Shown piece after piece: positions 1-8,622 of a stretch of DNA of 64,000 bases. Position 1 is the first letter of the stretch. Each line of letters starts with the position of its first letter. The stretch lies in sequence record SRR20825006_870, one strand, 5' to 3'. The notes below the pieces were generated by a model. It saw only the letters and a list, made by a program, of their open reading frames with translations, was not told where the DNA came from and searched no databases. The position numbers and the translations under genes are program-made.

Positions 1-27
1 ACCCCAAGACTTGATCTTGGGGTCCAT
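1..27. repeat. REP-like palindromic element, probably cut by the window edge
   Basis: ACCCCAAGA-CTTGA-TCTTGGGGT followed by CCAT: 9-bp perfect stem, layout of alphaproteobacterial GTCA...TCCA extragenic palindromes. Confidence 0.55.
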
Positions 28-143
28 TTCACCTGTCCGCTTCGCTGAAGACTTGCCATTATCCCAACCGCGTCCAACCCGCCGGGCGAAAAAAGGGTAG
101 ATCATGCTCGGAGATAGCACAACGAATCGCCGCCGCACCCCTT

Positions 144-170
144 CGTCATTCCCGCGCAGGCGGGAATCCA
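144..170. repeat. REP-like palindromic element
   Basis: CGTCATTCCCGCGCAGGCGGGAATCCA: ATTCCCGC-GCAG-GCGGGAAT stem-loop, a widespread extragenic repeat type (same core as the Neisseria dRS3 ATTCCC-N8-GGGAAT). Confidence 0.7.
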
Positions 171-219
171 GATTGGAAAATCCGCGCGGCACATTTTTGG
201 CGGTGTGGCCAATATAATT

Positions 220-1122
220 CTAAAGCCCGTCAAACCATTTCTGGTTCACGTCAACCTGCTCAATCATCTGGGTGGAAACACCAAGCTCATATTGCTTGAG
301 CAAATCGCACAGCCGTTCGCCATCAATCAGATCAATCGCAATGGCGCCATCGCGCGTTGCTTCTTCGGATGCTTGGCTGGTGAAGGTGCCTGTGGTGATA
401 AAAAGCCCCTTGTCGGCGCGGCCCTGCAATGCGCCGCGAAAATCCCGAATTTCTTTCGAGCCGACGCTGCCTTTCCAGCGTTTGCACTGAAAATAAACCT
501 GAAACGACACAAGGTTCACCCGCAACACGCCAACACCGTCAATGCCACCATCCCCGGTTTTGCCGCGCACCTCAACTTTCACAAAGCCAGCCTCCCGCAA
601 AAGACGTTGCGACAAACGCTCAAAGGCATAGGGGTCCATTTCGCGCAAGCAGTCTAAAAGGGTTGCGCGCCAATCCTCTGCTTCCGGCGGCTCGTCGGTT
701 GAAGCCTCAAGCGCAACAGTGTTTTTGGGCGCGGTCAGCTTGTCCTTGTCGCGCTTGGCTTTCTTTTTTTTCGCTTCCTCTTTTTTCACGCGAGTTTCTA
801 TCGCGGTTGTTTGTTCGACAGTTTTTATTTGTTCACCAAAGTCGGTGAGTGCCCAAACACCGCGCGCAGAGTTCTCAAGCGCCTCACCACGCTTTAAATA
901 GGTACGTGCCCATGCGAGATAATAATTGAGCTTTTGAAATCGCCCATTGGGCATCATAATCGCCTGCTCATTCTCGCTCACGCCCTCTTGTTCAATTACC
1001 TGCTCATCAAGCTCTTGAATGCTGGCAGAACCGCCCAAAGTTTTCAAAGCATTGATCGTGGCCAGCATAAGCTGTGGCAAATCAGGAAATCCGGTTTCTT
1101 CAATAATAAAAGTACGGGTCAT
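220..1122 (-). CDS. mrr: Mrr family type IV (modification-dependent) restriction endonuclease
   Basis: Mrr_N-like N-terminus (WARTYLKR..LENSARGVWALT); catalytic domain FERL..GDGGIDG..QCKRW..GLFITTGTF..IDLIDG. Confidence 0.92.
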   Translation of the reverse strand: MTRTFIIEETGFPDLPQLMLATINALKTLGGSASIQELDEQVIEQEGVSENEQAIMMPNGRFQKLNYYLAWARTYLKRGEALENSARGVWALTDFGEQIKTVEQTTAIETRVKKEEAKKKKAKRDKDKLTAPKNTVALEASTDEPPEAEDWRATLLDCLREMDPYAFERLSQRLLREAGFVKVEVRGKTGDGGIDGVGVLRVNLVSFQVYFQCKRWKGSVGSKEIRDFRGALQGRADKGLFITTGTFTSQASEEATRDGAIAIDLIDGERLCDLLKQYELGVSTQMIEQVDVNQKWFDGL

Positions 1123-4100
1123 ATATTCGCTTCCAAAAGCTCTATTTCGTCGGTCGTCAAGTCAAACAACTCATAAACAAGCTGATTAATCTCCGCTTCC
1201 GCCTGTTCAATCTCAGCGGTCAGCCGCGCAATTTCGGCGCGGTCGCGGTTGAGCCAATCTTCCCAGTCGCTGCGCTCGCTTAAGGGAATATCGGCTTTAA
1301 ACTGTTTGTTGATCTCGGCGCGGAACGCGGCAAAATCGGCAAAGTCCCACCAGCTTTTCAGCTTATTGTTCAGCTTCGCCTCCCGCTCGGGCGGGCATAA
1401 ATCCGGAATGCGCCGCCGCACGCCTTGTTGCAATGCATAGCGTTGCTGTGCAGCAGTTTGGCAGCGTTCGGCGAGGGTGGCCAATTGCTGTTTTTGCGCG
1501 TCGGTTGCTGTGGGGATAGGGAGTTGCTCCATGTATTGTGCTTTAAGCCTTAGATAACCTCCACGGGCAGTAGTGGTTTGAGTACTCAGAAGAAACCAAA
1601 TCAGATTCGAATTAAACAGAGCTGATTCAAAATGACCGGCTCCCCGAATGCAGAAACATGTCATGTCTAGGTACGTTCCCGTGTCCAATGAGAAACACGG
1701 CCTATTAGCAATATCCCGGTAGATCAATTTCTCGGTTCGAAATGTTTCTTCGTAGGCCTGTTGAGGCTGCTGAAGCTCGTACCATTCCTGCTTCGCCGCT
1801 CTTTTTTCCAATCGAGTTCGAAACACGCCCAAATAACTTTCTAATGCTGGGTATTCTCCAATATCAATTTGAGCCTTTGGAATATAGATAATCCAGTTGT
1901 TTTCGCTTCTTATGTGCCAAGAGTCTAACTCACTTCCAAATACAATTGGATGTATTAGTTCAGAGGCTGAAGGGGTCTCCGAAACAATTTTTGCGCGTAT
2001 TTCATCGGAAATAATAAACGCATCATTACAGCCGGTCTTTATTCCTGCAAACGGCTTTCCATAAACTGATTTAAGTGTTGGAAACTGGGAGTAAATTTTT
2101 GAACGCAAATCCGAAAGTGTCTGATCTTCGAAGCTCCAAGACGTGCTACCGAGGCGGTTTTGGGAAAACCCAATTTTATGTTTGTGAAACGTTGCCCTGA
2201 AATTTTGATTTGGTAATTCCGGCACCACCCAAACCGCAAACTTGCTTTTGTCAGTTGGTGTATCCCGTTGCAGTGTTACGATTGCAGTATAGGTGGTCAC
2301 GCCCTCAAATACTTGCAGATCGTTGAAATCTACCAGTGTTTCTACTCTAGAATTTTTGCGTAGAAAATCTCGCAATGGTTTGCCTGCATTTGTCTTCAAA
2401 AACGTTCGCGAAGAAATATAGCCAAGCCGCCCGCCAGACTTAAGCAGCCGCAAGCCCCGCTCGTAGAAATAGCAATAAAGATCGGCCCGGTCCGAGACCA
2501 CCTCATAGCGTTTTTCCAAGTAAGGCTTTATCGCCTTGAGAAATTCCATGCGCACATAGGGCGGATTGCCCAGCACCACATCAAAGCCACCTTCGGCAAA
2601 AATATCGGGAAAGGCGCTCTGCCAGCTAAAGCCATGGCTGAGATAAGCAAAATTGCTGTCTTCAATCAAACTGTCGCCCACCAGAATATTCTGGTCCAAA
2701 CTGTCCAGTGTTTTGCCGCGCTTGGCGGTTTTGATCCACAGCGACAGCTTGGCAATCTCCACGCTTTCCGCATTCACATCCACGCCAAACAGATTGTGGG
2801 TCAAAATCTCGCTGTCCGGGTCAAACAGATCGCCCAAATGATCGCCCTTGAGGCTGGCAATCTTATCATTCACCTGGGTCAGCTCTGCCTTCATAAAATC
2901 AAACGCGGTCACCAGAAATACGCCTGAGCCACAGGCTGGGTCCACAATCCGCAGCGCCTTGATTTTATCGCGATAGGCTTCCCATGCTTTCAGTTCAGCC
3001 CGCTTGTTCGTCCACTTGATATTTTCATAATCATCAAGCGAACTTTTCTTGGTGATAAAGGGCGTAAAGCTTTGCACAAACAATTCGCGCAAATGGGTGC
3101 CAAGGGTTTGGTCCACGATAAAGCGGGCAATGTAATCCGGGGTATAGACCACGCCATCGCGCTTGCGCTTGCCGCTGGTGCCGGTCTTTTTAGTTTCCGC
3201 CGCCATTTCGCCACGGGCCACCGCCTGCAACCGTTCCACATCGGCAATGGATTGCTCAAAGATATGCCCCAGCACCGTGACCGAGACTTCGGACGCAAAG
3301 TCATATTCACCGATGCGCTTAAAGCCTTCGCACACCAGATCGGGCAACTCCAACGCGTCCACAATCGGGTCTGGCGCAAACAGGCCGCCATTATAGGGCG
3401 GCACATTTAACTGGTTGTTGCCCTTATCAATCGAGCGGAACAACCCCTTAAAATTCTCCCAGATCGGGCGCGGATTAAACGGGTCAGCATGCTCAAAGGC
3501 GCGCGCCAAAATATGGTCGGGCAACAGACCGGTGTCTTCCGCAAAAGCGGTGAACAGCACCCGGTCTAAAATTTTCTGCGCCGCCGATATGGCATCCAGC
3601 GGGGCGATGGCAGGGGCAGCTCGCTGCACGGCGTCAATCAAACTATCCCGCAGCACTTTATAATCGGCATAAAGCGCATTGGTGATGTCTTTATCTTCTT
3701 TGCGGCTCTGCGCCAAAATCTCGCCGGTGCGCCCACTCAGCAGATTTTCAGCGCTCAGCAAGAGCATAAAGCGTTGATATTCTTTCGGGTCAGTCAGCTT
3801 GGCAAATTCGAACTTTTCAAAAGCCTCTGTGCCATCCCCAAACCCATAAAGCCGCAACTCCACATAGTTGGACACGATCACCCATTTCACACCCGGGGCC
3901 TGGGTGGCATATTCCCATGCCTGCTCCACCGGGCTTTTCGCCCGCCCGGGCATGATCGCGTCCAAATCCTTGGTCTTGGCACCCTTCAGTTCAAACGGGG
4001 CAAGAATTTGTGTGGTGCTGGGCGAAAATTCGCCAAGCGCTAAATCCACCGATCCGCGCAAAATGCTTTGCTCGGTGGCCACAGTAAACTCTTCGCCATC

Positions 4101-4298
4101 GCTGGCAGATTTGTATCCCAAAACTCCTTCAACAATGCGCGCCTTGAAATCTCCATGCAACGCAACTTCTTTTAAACGATAGATCTGATTGGATCGAATA
4201 AGCTCCGCCCAATTCTCCAACAGCGAAAAATGATCTGTTGGGATTTGCGCGTCATTCTTGAGGTAGCGATTGAGTGTTTTGGGATTAAAAAGTGGCAC
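1119..4298 (-). CDS. Type IIG (Eco57I-like) fused restriction endonuclease / N6-adenine methyltransferase with C-terminal target recognition domain
   Basis: N-terminal PD-(D/E)xK-like VDLAL..FELK; YNGGLF; YTP; motif I DPACGSG; motif IV GNPPY; TaqI_C-like GIKTG..EKLIY; GTG start; stop overlaps the mrr start (ATGA). Confidence 0.9.
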   Translation of the reverse strand: MPLFNPKTLNRYLKNDAQIPTDHFSLLENWAELIRSNQIYRLKEVALHGDFKARIVEGVLGYKSASDGEEFTVATEQSILRGSVDLALGEFSPSTTQILAPFELKGAKTKDLDAIMPGRAKSPVEQAWEYATQAPGVKWVIVSNYVELRLYGFGDGTEAFEKFEFAKLTDPKEYQRFMLLLSAENLLSGRTGEILAQSRKEDKDITNALYADYKVLRDSLIDAVQRAAPAIAPLDAISAAQKILDRVLFTAFAEDTGLLPDHILARAFEHADPFNPRPIWENFKGLFRSIDKGNNQLNVPPYNGGLFAPDPIVDALELPDLVCEGFKRIGEYDFASEVSVTVLGHIFEQSIADVERLQAVARGEMAAETKKTGTSGKRKRDGVVYTPDYIARFIVDQTLGTHLRELFVQSFTPFITKKSSLDDYENIKWTNKRAELKAWEAYRDKIKALRIVDPACGSGVFLVTAFDFMKAELTQVNDKIASLKGDHLGDLFDPDSEILTHNLFGVDVNAESVEIAKLSLWIKTAKRGKTLDSLDQNILVGDSLIEDSNFAYLSHGFSWQSAFPDIFAEGGFDVVLGNPPYVRMEFLKAIKPYLEKRYEVVSDRADLYCYFYERGLRLLKSGGRLGYISSRTFLKTNAGKPLRDFLRKNSRVETLVDFNDLQVFEGVTTYTAIVTLQRDTPTDKSKFAVWVVPELPNQNFRATFHKHKIGFSQNRLGSTSWSFEDQTLSDLRSKIYSQFPTLKSVYGKPFAGIKTGCNDAFIISDEIRAKIVSETPSASELIHPIVFGSELDSWHIRSENNWIIYIPKAQIDIGEYPALESYLGVFRTRLEKRAAKQEWYELQQPQQAYEETFRTEKLIYRDIANRPCFSLDTGTYLDMTCFCIRGAGHFESALFNSNLIWFLLSTQTTTARGGYLRLKAQYMEQLPIPTATDAQKQQLATLAERCQTAAQQRYALQQGVRRRIPDLCPPEREAKLNNKLKSWWDFADFAAFRAEINKQFKADIPLSERSDWEDWLNRDRAEIARLTAEIEQAEAEINQLVYELFDLTTDEIELLEANI

Positions 4299-4459
4299 AA
4301 AATAAATCCGATTTTTTGTCCACTATGTCATGCAGATGTTGATTGGCGCAAGCGCCTCAGTTTGTGACTAAAATTTTAGCCCCATTCCCTATAATTTCAC
4401 TAAAACTTTTTAGAGTTTTCTAAAATTATAGGGGGCGATTTCAGTCTTTTTTCGGCGCG

Positions 4460-4672
4460 CTAATGACTCGCCTTTGCCACCTTGATCATCGCACCGATAA
4501 TTAGAAATGCGCCTGAGATCAGCAACAGGATAAAGCTTAGCGGCAGGAAGAAGCTTTCCTGCACAATGCGATTGGGGCTTACCCCGCCGCCAAAAACAAA
4601 CATTTCCACCAGCATCGATGCGCCAGCACAAAGCAGCGCGGCGATACCTAATATGATGAATTTACTAGCCAT
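4460..4672 (-). CDS. Small two-helix membrane protein, DUF3955-like
   Basis: 70 aa, two hydrophobic segments around VQESFFLPL; AGGAG RBS upstream. Confidence 0.65.
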   Translation of the reverse strand: MASKFIILGIAALLCAGASMLVEMFVFGGGVSPNRIVQESFFLPLSFILLLISGAFLIIGAMIKVAKASH

Positions 4673-4698
4673 TTCTCTGCTCCTTTAGTTGGCAGGGA

Positions 4699-4723
4699 AA
4701 CGTTTTTCTGTCGGGAAGGTTCC
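4699..4723 (-). promoter_or_regulatory. EcfG (sigmaT/RpoE2) general-stress promoter facing the DUF3955-like gene
   Basis: Minus strand reads GGAAC-N16-CGTT, the ECF15 consensus. Confidence 0.65.
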
Positions 4724-4745
4724 TTCGGATTTTCATGATCACGGT

Positions 4746-4771
4746 GGAACCAACGGCACAGGGTACGCGTT
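4746..4771 (+). promoter_or_regulatory. EcfG general-stress promoter for the PRC-barrel and DUF3008 genes
   Basis: GGAAC-N17-CGTT exact match, upstream of gene families typical of this regulon. Confidence 0.75.
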
Positions 4772-4819
4772 TTCCTTGCATCTCATCTGTCGCCATTGTG
4801 GCGGCGAAAGGAGGATGAA

Positions 4820-5188
4820 ATGCAAATTGTACTCGACGAAACACATGACTTGATCGCCGCAGAAAAAGTAGACGGTACAAAGGTTTACGATGTCGCAGGC
4901 GAAAAAATGGGCACGGTAAAATCCGTGATGATCAATAAGCGCACTGGTAAGGTGGCGCACGCGATCCTGTCCATTGGCGGCTTCTTGGGCATGGGTGAAG
5001 ATTATCACACCGTGCCATGGGAAAAGCTTGATTATGACACTGACCTTGGTGGTTACAAGCTTGATGTGCCGGAAGAACAATTGAAGTCAGCGCCAACCTT
5101 TTCAGCTGAAGAAGTGACCGCGCTGAATGATCGCGAGTTTGAACATCGCATCTATCATCACTACGGCACACCGCCCTATTTTATCTAA
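4820..5188 (+). CDS. PRC-barrel domain protein
   Basis: LIAAEKVDGTKVY..G.V..VMI.K..GKV.HA.LS.GGFLGMGE.YH.VPW..L.YD; GAGGA RBS supports ATG 4820 over the ORF-track start 4796. Confidence 0.88.
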   Translation: MQIVLDETHDLIAAEKVDGTKVYDVAGEKMGTVKSVMINKRTGKVAHAILSIGGFLGMGEDYHTVPWEKLDYDTDLGGYKLDVPEEQLKSAPTFSAEEVTALNDREFEHRIYHHYGTPPYFI

Positions 5189-5197
5189 CAGACACAA

Positions 5198-5226
5198 GCC
5201 ACTGCGCCAATTTTTGGCGCGGTGGC
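5198..5226. terminator. Intergenic stem-loop
   Basis: GCCACTGCGCCAA-TTT-TTGGCGCGGTGGC; no U-tract, so it may be a stabiliser rather than a terminator. Confidence 0.4.
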
Positions 5227-5247
5227 ACTATGTCATAGGAGCGAAAA

Positions 5248-5433
5248 ATGCCTGCAAAATCCAAAGCGCAGCAGAAAGCGGCTGGCATGGCCTTGGCCGC
5301 GAAACGCGGTGAAATGAAAGTCGGTGACCTGCAAGGTGCCGCCAAGGAGATGTATGACAGCATGAGCGAAGAAGAGCTGCGCGATTTTGCTGAAACCAAA
5401 CATGACAATAAGCCAGAGCACGTGGACAATTAG
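5248..5433 (+). CDS. DUF3008 family protein
   Basis: MPAKSKAQQKAAG.AL.AKRGE..L.GA.KEMYDSMSE.EL.DFA.TK signature; AGGAG RBS. Confidence 0.88.
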   Translation: MPAKSKAQQKAAGMALAAKRGEMKVGDLQGAAKEMYDSMSEEELRDFAETKHDNKPEHVDN

Positions 5434-5454
5434 CCCACGTGCCCGCTTTATTTC

Positions 5455-7494
5455 TTAGCGCAGGCTGGCTTCAATGTTGCCGCCATCAACCGTCATGATA
5501 TGCGCGGTGGTGCGAGCGGCCAACGCCAGCGCCACAAAGGCATCCGCCACATGGCCCGCTTCAACTTCACGCTTCAGCAAATTACCCGCCATATAGCTTT
5601 CCGCACTGATATTGCGAGACTTTGAACGGCTTTCGATAAACTCATCGGTGAGCAAGCCAGAGCGGATACGGTCTGCATTGACGCCATTTACCCGAATGCC
5701 CAGCTCGCCCAGCTCAAGCGCAAATTGTTTCACCAAGAAGAAGGTCGCTGCTTTCGGCAAACCATAGGCGCCGAAATCCTTGCCCGGGTTAACCGCTTGC
5801 TTGGACACATTGAACAAAATCTGCCCACCAGCGCTTTGCACCTGCATCACTTTTGCAGCGGCTTGCGCGATTTTCTGGTGCGAGAAAAAGTTCAATTCAA
5901 AGCTATTGCGCAATGTGTCCTGATCCATATCCAACATGGATTTTGACCACGCAGCGCCTGCATTGCTGATCAGAATATCAATGCCGCCAAATCGGCGCAC
6001 CATGGCGTCCACGGCCTGTTGCGGGCCTTCAGCGCTGCACAAATCAATCACCGCGCCATCATGGTCCATGCCCAAACTGCCAAGTGCAGTCATAAGGCTG
6101 TCTTGATCGCGGTCCACCAAAAAGATATTCGCACCTTGGTCTTTGAAAGCTTTGGCCGTGGCCAAGCCGATCGCGCCTGCGCCGCCCGTTACCAACACGG
6201 CTTTGCCCTGCAATGGTTTAGGCTTGGCTTTGCCCAATTTGGCCTGCTCCAATGACCAATATTCCATATCGAACAGATCATCTTCTTTGATTGGATAAAA
6301 GCCGCTATTGGCTTCGGCCCATTCCATCACTTGGATGGTCTGCGTGCCCAAATCAGCCGCAATGCGGGCGGCGGAGGCGTTGGTACCTGCGCCAACCAAG
6401 CCGAGGCCAGGCACCCAGAAAAGGTTTGGCGTTGGCACCAGCATGGTTTTCTTGTCGCTCACCCGCGCATCCTGACGGGCGAAATAGGCTTTGTAGCTTT
6501 CCACAAACGCATCAATGGCAGCATCAACGCTGGCTTGGTCGTCACTGGCGATAATGGTGGGGAAGCCTTTGGTGCGGATCACATGGTCTGGCGTGGCAAC
6601 GCCGCGCTTGGCCAAATCGCCCAAATCATCGCGGGTCAAAAAGCTCAAAATCTGATCATTGGCGCGCAAATCCAAAAAGGGAGCTGCCTGATCCTGATTG
6701 CCCGTATAGGCCTTCATAGCGCGAGCCAGGCTCGCACGAATTTTTGGCAAAATGCTCTTCGCGCTGATTGTTGGGCTGGGTGCCGCCGCAGGCTTTGCGG
6801 CACGCGCATTAAACCAAGCTTCAACCGCACTCACATGTTCAACCATTAACTCATAAGAGCTCTTGGCGTCTGGTCCGAAGGTGAAGTGGCCATGATTGAT
6901 CAAATGCAGCCCTTCAACATTTGGGTTTTGATCAAAAATATCGGCTGCGACTTTGGCCAGCTCGAAGCCGGGCATAATGTATGGCACCAGCGCGACCTTA
7001 TCGCCAAAAATCTCTTTCACCACCTCTTCCACATTCGGCATATTGGCCAAGGCCAACATGGCCGTGGCGTGGGTGTGATCAACAAATTTATGTGGGATAT
7101 AGGCGTGCAGCAATGTTTCTACCGACGGATTTGGTGAAGTGCTGTCCAGCAAGTTGGAGCGCTGCAAATTCACCATATCCTCATCAGATAGGGCTGGCAA
7201 TTCGCGCAGCTTATTGAGCGGTTCAATTTGCACGCCGGGCAGGCCCGCCGCTTCAATGGTTTCAAGATCCCAACCACTGCCTTTAACGTGCAGAACATCA
7301 ATTTCATCGCCAAAAATATTGGGCCGTTTGACCTTAACAGACGTGTTGCCGCCCCCATGCATAACCATGTCAGGGTCTTGACCAATCAATCGGGATGTAT
7401 AAACCCTCAATGCCAGTTGACGATCTGCTTCCTCTGGGCCAGCATTATCGAGAAAAGATTGCGCGTCTTGTTCGTTCCAGAGATTTTTTACCAC
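5455..7494 (-). CDS. Bifunctional class II aldolase / short-chain dehydrogenase (RhaD/YuxG-like fusion)
   Basis: HGGGNTSVK, KGSGWDL, PSVETLLH, HTH, NHG, TPDHVIRTK, EYWSLEQAKL, then SDR motifs TGGAGAIG and YGLPK; probable GTG start at 7494. Confidence 0.88.
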   Translation of the reverse strand: MVKNLWNEQDAQSFLDNAGPEEADRQLALRVYTSRLIGQDPDMVMHGGGNTSVKVKRPNIFGDEIDVLHVKGSGWDLETIEAAGLPGVQIEPLNKLRELPALSDEDMVNLQRSNLLDSTSPNPSVETLLHAYIPHKFVDHTHATAMLALANMPNVEEVVKEIFGDKVALVPYIMPGFELAKVAADIFDQNPNVEGLHLINHGHFTFGPDAKSSYELMVEHVSAVEAWFNARAAKPAAAPSPTISAKSILPKIRASLARAMKAYTGNQDQAAPFLDLRANDQILSFLTRDDLGDLAKRGVATPDHVIRTKGFPTIIASDDQASVDAAIDAFVESYKAYFARQDARVSDKKTMLVPTPNLFWVPGLGLVGAGTNASAARIAADLGTQTIQVMEWAEANSGFYPIKEDDLFDMEYWSLEQAKLGKAKPKPLQGKAVLVTGGAGAIGLATAKAFKDQGANIFLVDRDQDSLMTALGSLGMDHDGAVIDLCSAEGPQQAVDAMVRRFGGIDILISNAGAAWSKSMLDMDQDTLRNSFELNFFSHQKIAQAAAKVMQVQSAGGQILFNVSKQAVNPGKDFGAYGLPKAATFFLVKQFALELGELGIRVNGVNADRIRSGLLTDEFIESRSKSRNISAESYMAGNLLKREVEAGHVADAFVALALAARTTAHIMTVDGGNIEASLR

Positions 7495-7532
7495 GAGGCC
7501 GTCCGTCCAATTTTTAGGGATGATTTTTTGTA

Positions 7533-7563
7533 ATTTGACAAATGTTAGTAACATCTGTCAAAT
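7533..7563. promoter_or_regulatory. Putative SorC-family operator in the divergent promoter region
   Basis: 31-bp near-perfect palindrome ATTTGACAAATGTTA-G-TAACATCTGTCAAAT containing TTGACA on both strands. Confidence 0.7.
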
Positions 7564-7581
7564 AGAAAAAAGAGGGGAATT

Positions 7582-8559
7582 ATGGCATACGGCAAAAGGC
7601 GGGCTTCTGGCCAGGTGAGTGGTGATGAAATTGTGGTGGAAGCCGCATGGCTTTATTATCATGATGGGCTGAACCAAAACGAAATTGCCGACCGGCTGGA
7701 TGTATCACGCGCCACTGTTGTGAATTATTTGCAGGAAGCGCGGGAGAAAAATTACATCCGCGTCACCATGGCACCTGATGTGTTTATGGGCCATAAGCTT
7801 TCCCACCAATTGCGCGAAAAATTTAACCTGAAAGCCGCCTTCATTGTGCCCAACGGGCAGGGCGATATTCAAGCACGATTAACCCGTGCGGCGCGGGGCG
7901 CGGCAGAGTGGTTGCCAGACTTGGTGGCACCCGGCGACAAGTTGGGTGTGGCGTGGGGCCAAACCATTTATGAAATGGCCGAACTGCTGGTTTCCTCTGC
8001 TAACGTCACCATCCCCGATGTGGAAGTGGCGCAATTGGTCGGCTCCATGGCAACACCATATGGCTTTACCGCTGAAATTTGCTCCGCCCATCTGGCGCAA
8101 GGACTCGGCGCTGCCTGTATCAATTTGCACGCCCCGGCCATTGTGACCAATGTGGAGTTGGCGCGACAATTGCGGGCTGAGCCGATCATCAAAAATCAAC
8201 TGGCGGCCTTGGAGCAATGCAACAAAGCAGTGTTTGCCGCTGGCTCCGTCAACGCCAATTCTCATGTGGTGATGAGTGGCATTGCCACCGAAGATGATTT
8301 GAAAACCTATGTCGATAAGGGTGCATGCGGTGTGCTGTGTGGTCGCTTTGTGGATCAAGCGGGCAAGCCTGTGCATGGGCCACTGGACGACCGGATGATC
8401 GGCATTGAGTTGGAAAAACTCACCCACCTCGAAACCGGCTTGCTGGTTTCCGTTGGCGAAGATAAGGCGCAAGCCATGGCGGCGGTGATGAATGGGGGCT
8501 ATGCCACCCATTTGGTGACAGATGCTGAAACGGCGCAGCTCATCCTTGCATTAGACTAA
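7582..8559 (+). CDS. SorC/DeoR family sugar-binding transcriptional regulator
   Basis: AAWLYYHDGLNQNEIA..L.VSRATV HTH; GVAWGQT sugar-binding domain; HLVTD C-terminus. Confidence 0.92.
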   Translation: MAYGKRRASGQVSGDEIVVEAAWLYYHDGLNQNEIADRLDVSRATVVNYLQEAREKNYIRVTMAPDVFMGHKLSHQLREKFNLKAAFIVPNGQGDIQARLTRAARGAAEWLPDLVAPGDKLGVAWGQTIYEMAELLVSSANVTIPDVEVAQLVGSMATPYGFTAEICSAHLAQGLGAACINLHAPAIVTNVELARQLRAEPIIKNQLAALEQCNKAVFAAGSVNANSHVVMSGIATEDDLKTYVDKGACGVLCGRFVDQAGKPVHGPLDDRMIGIELEKLTHLETGLLVSVGEDKAQAMAAVMNGGYATHLVTDAETAQLILALD

Positions 8560-8585
8560 GCAGAACAATCCAAGCCAAATTGAGT

Positions 8586-8613
8586 AAAAAAGGGCGCAAC
8601 CTGAGTTGCGCCC
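8586..8613. terminator. Intrinsic terminator between the convergent regulator and mtnA
   Basis: AAAAAA-GGGCGCAAC-CTGA-GTTGCGCCC (U-tract on the minus strand). Confidence 0.7.
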
Positions 8614-8622
8614 CATTCGCAT

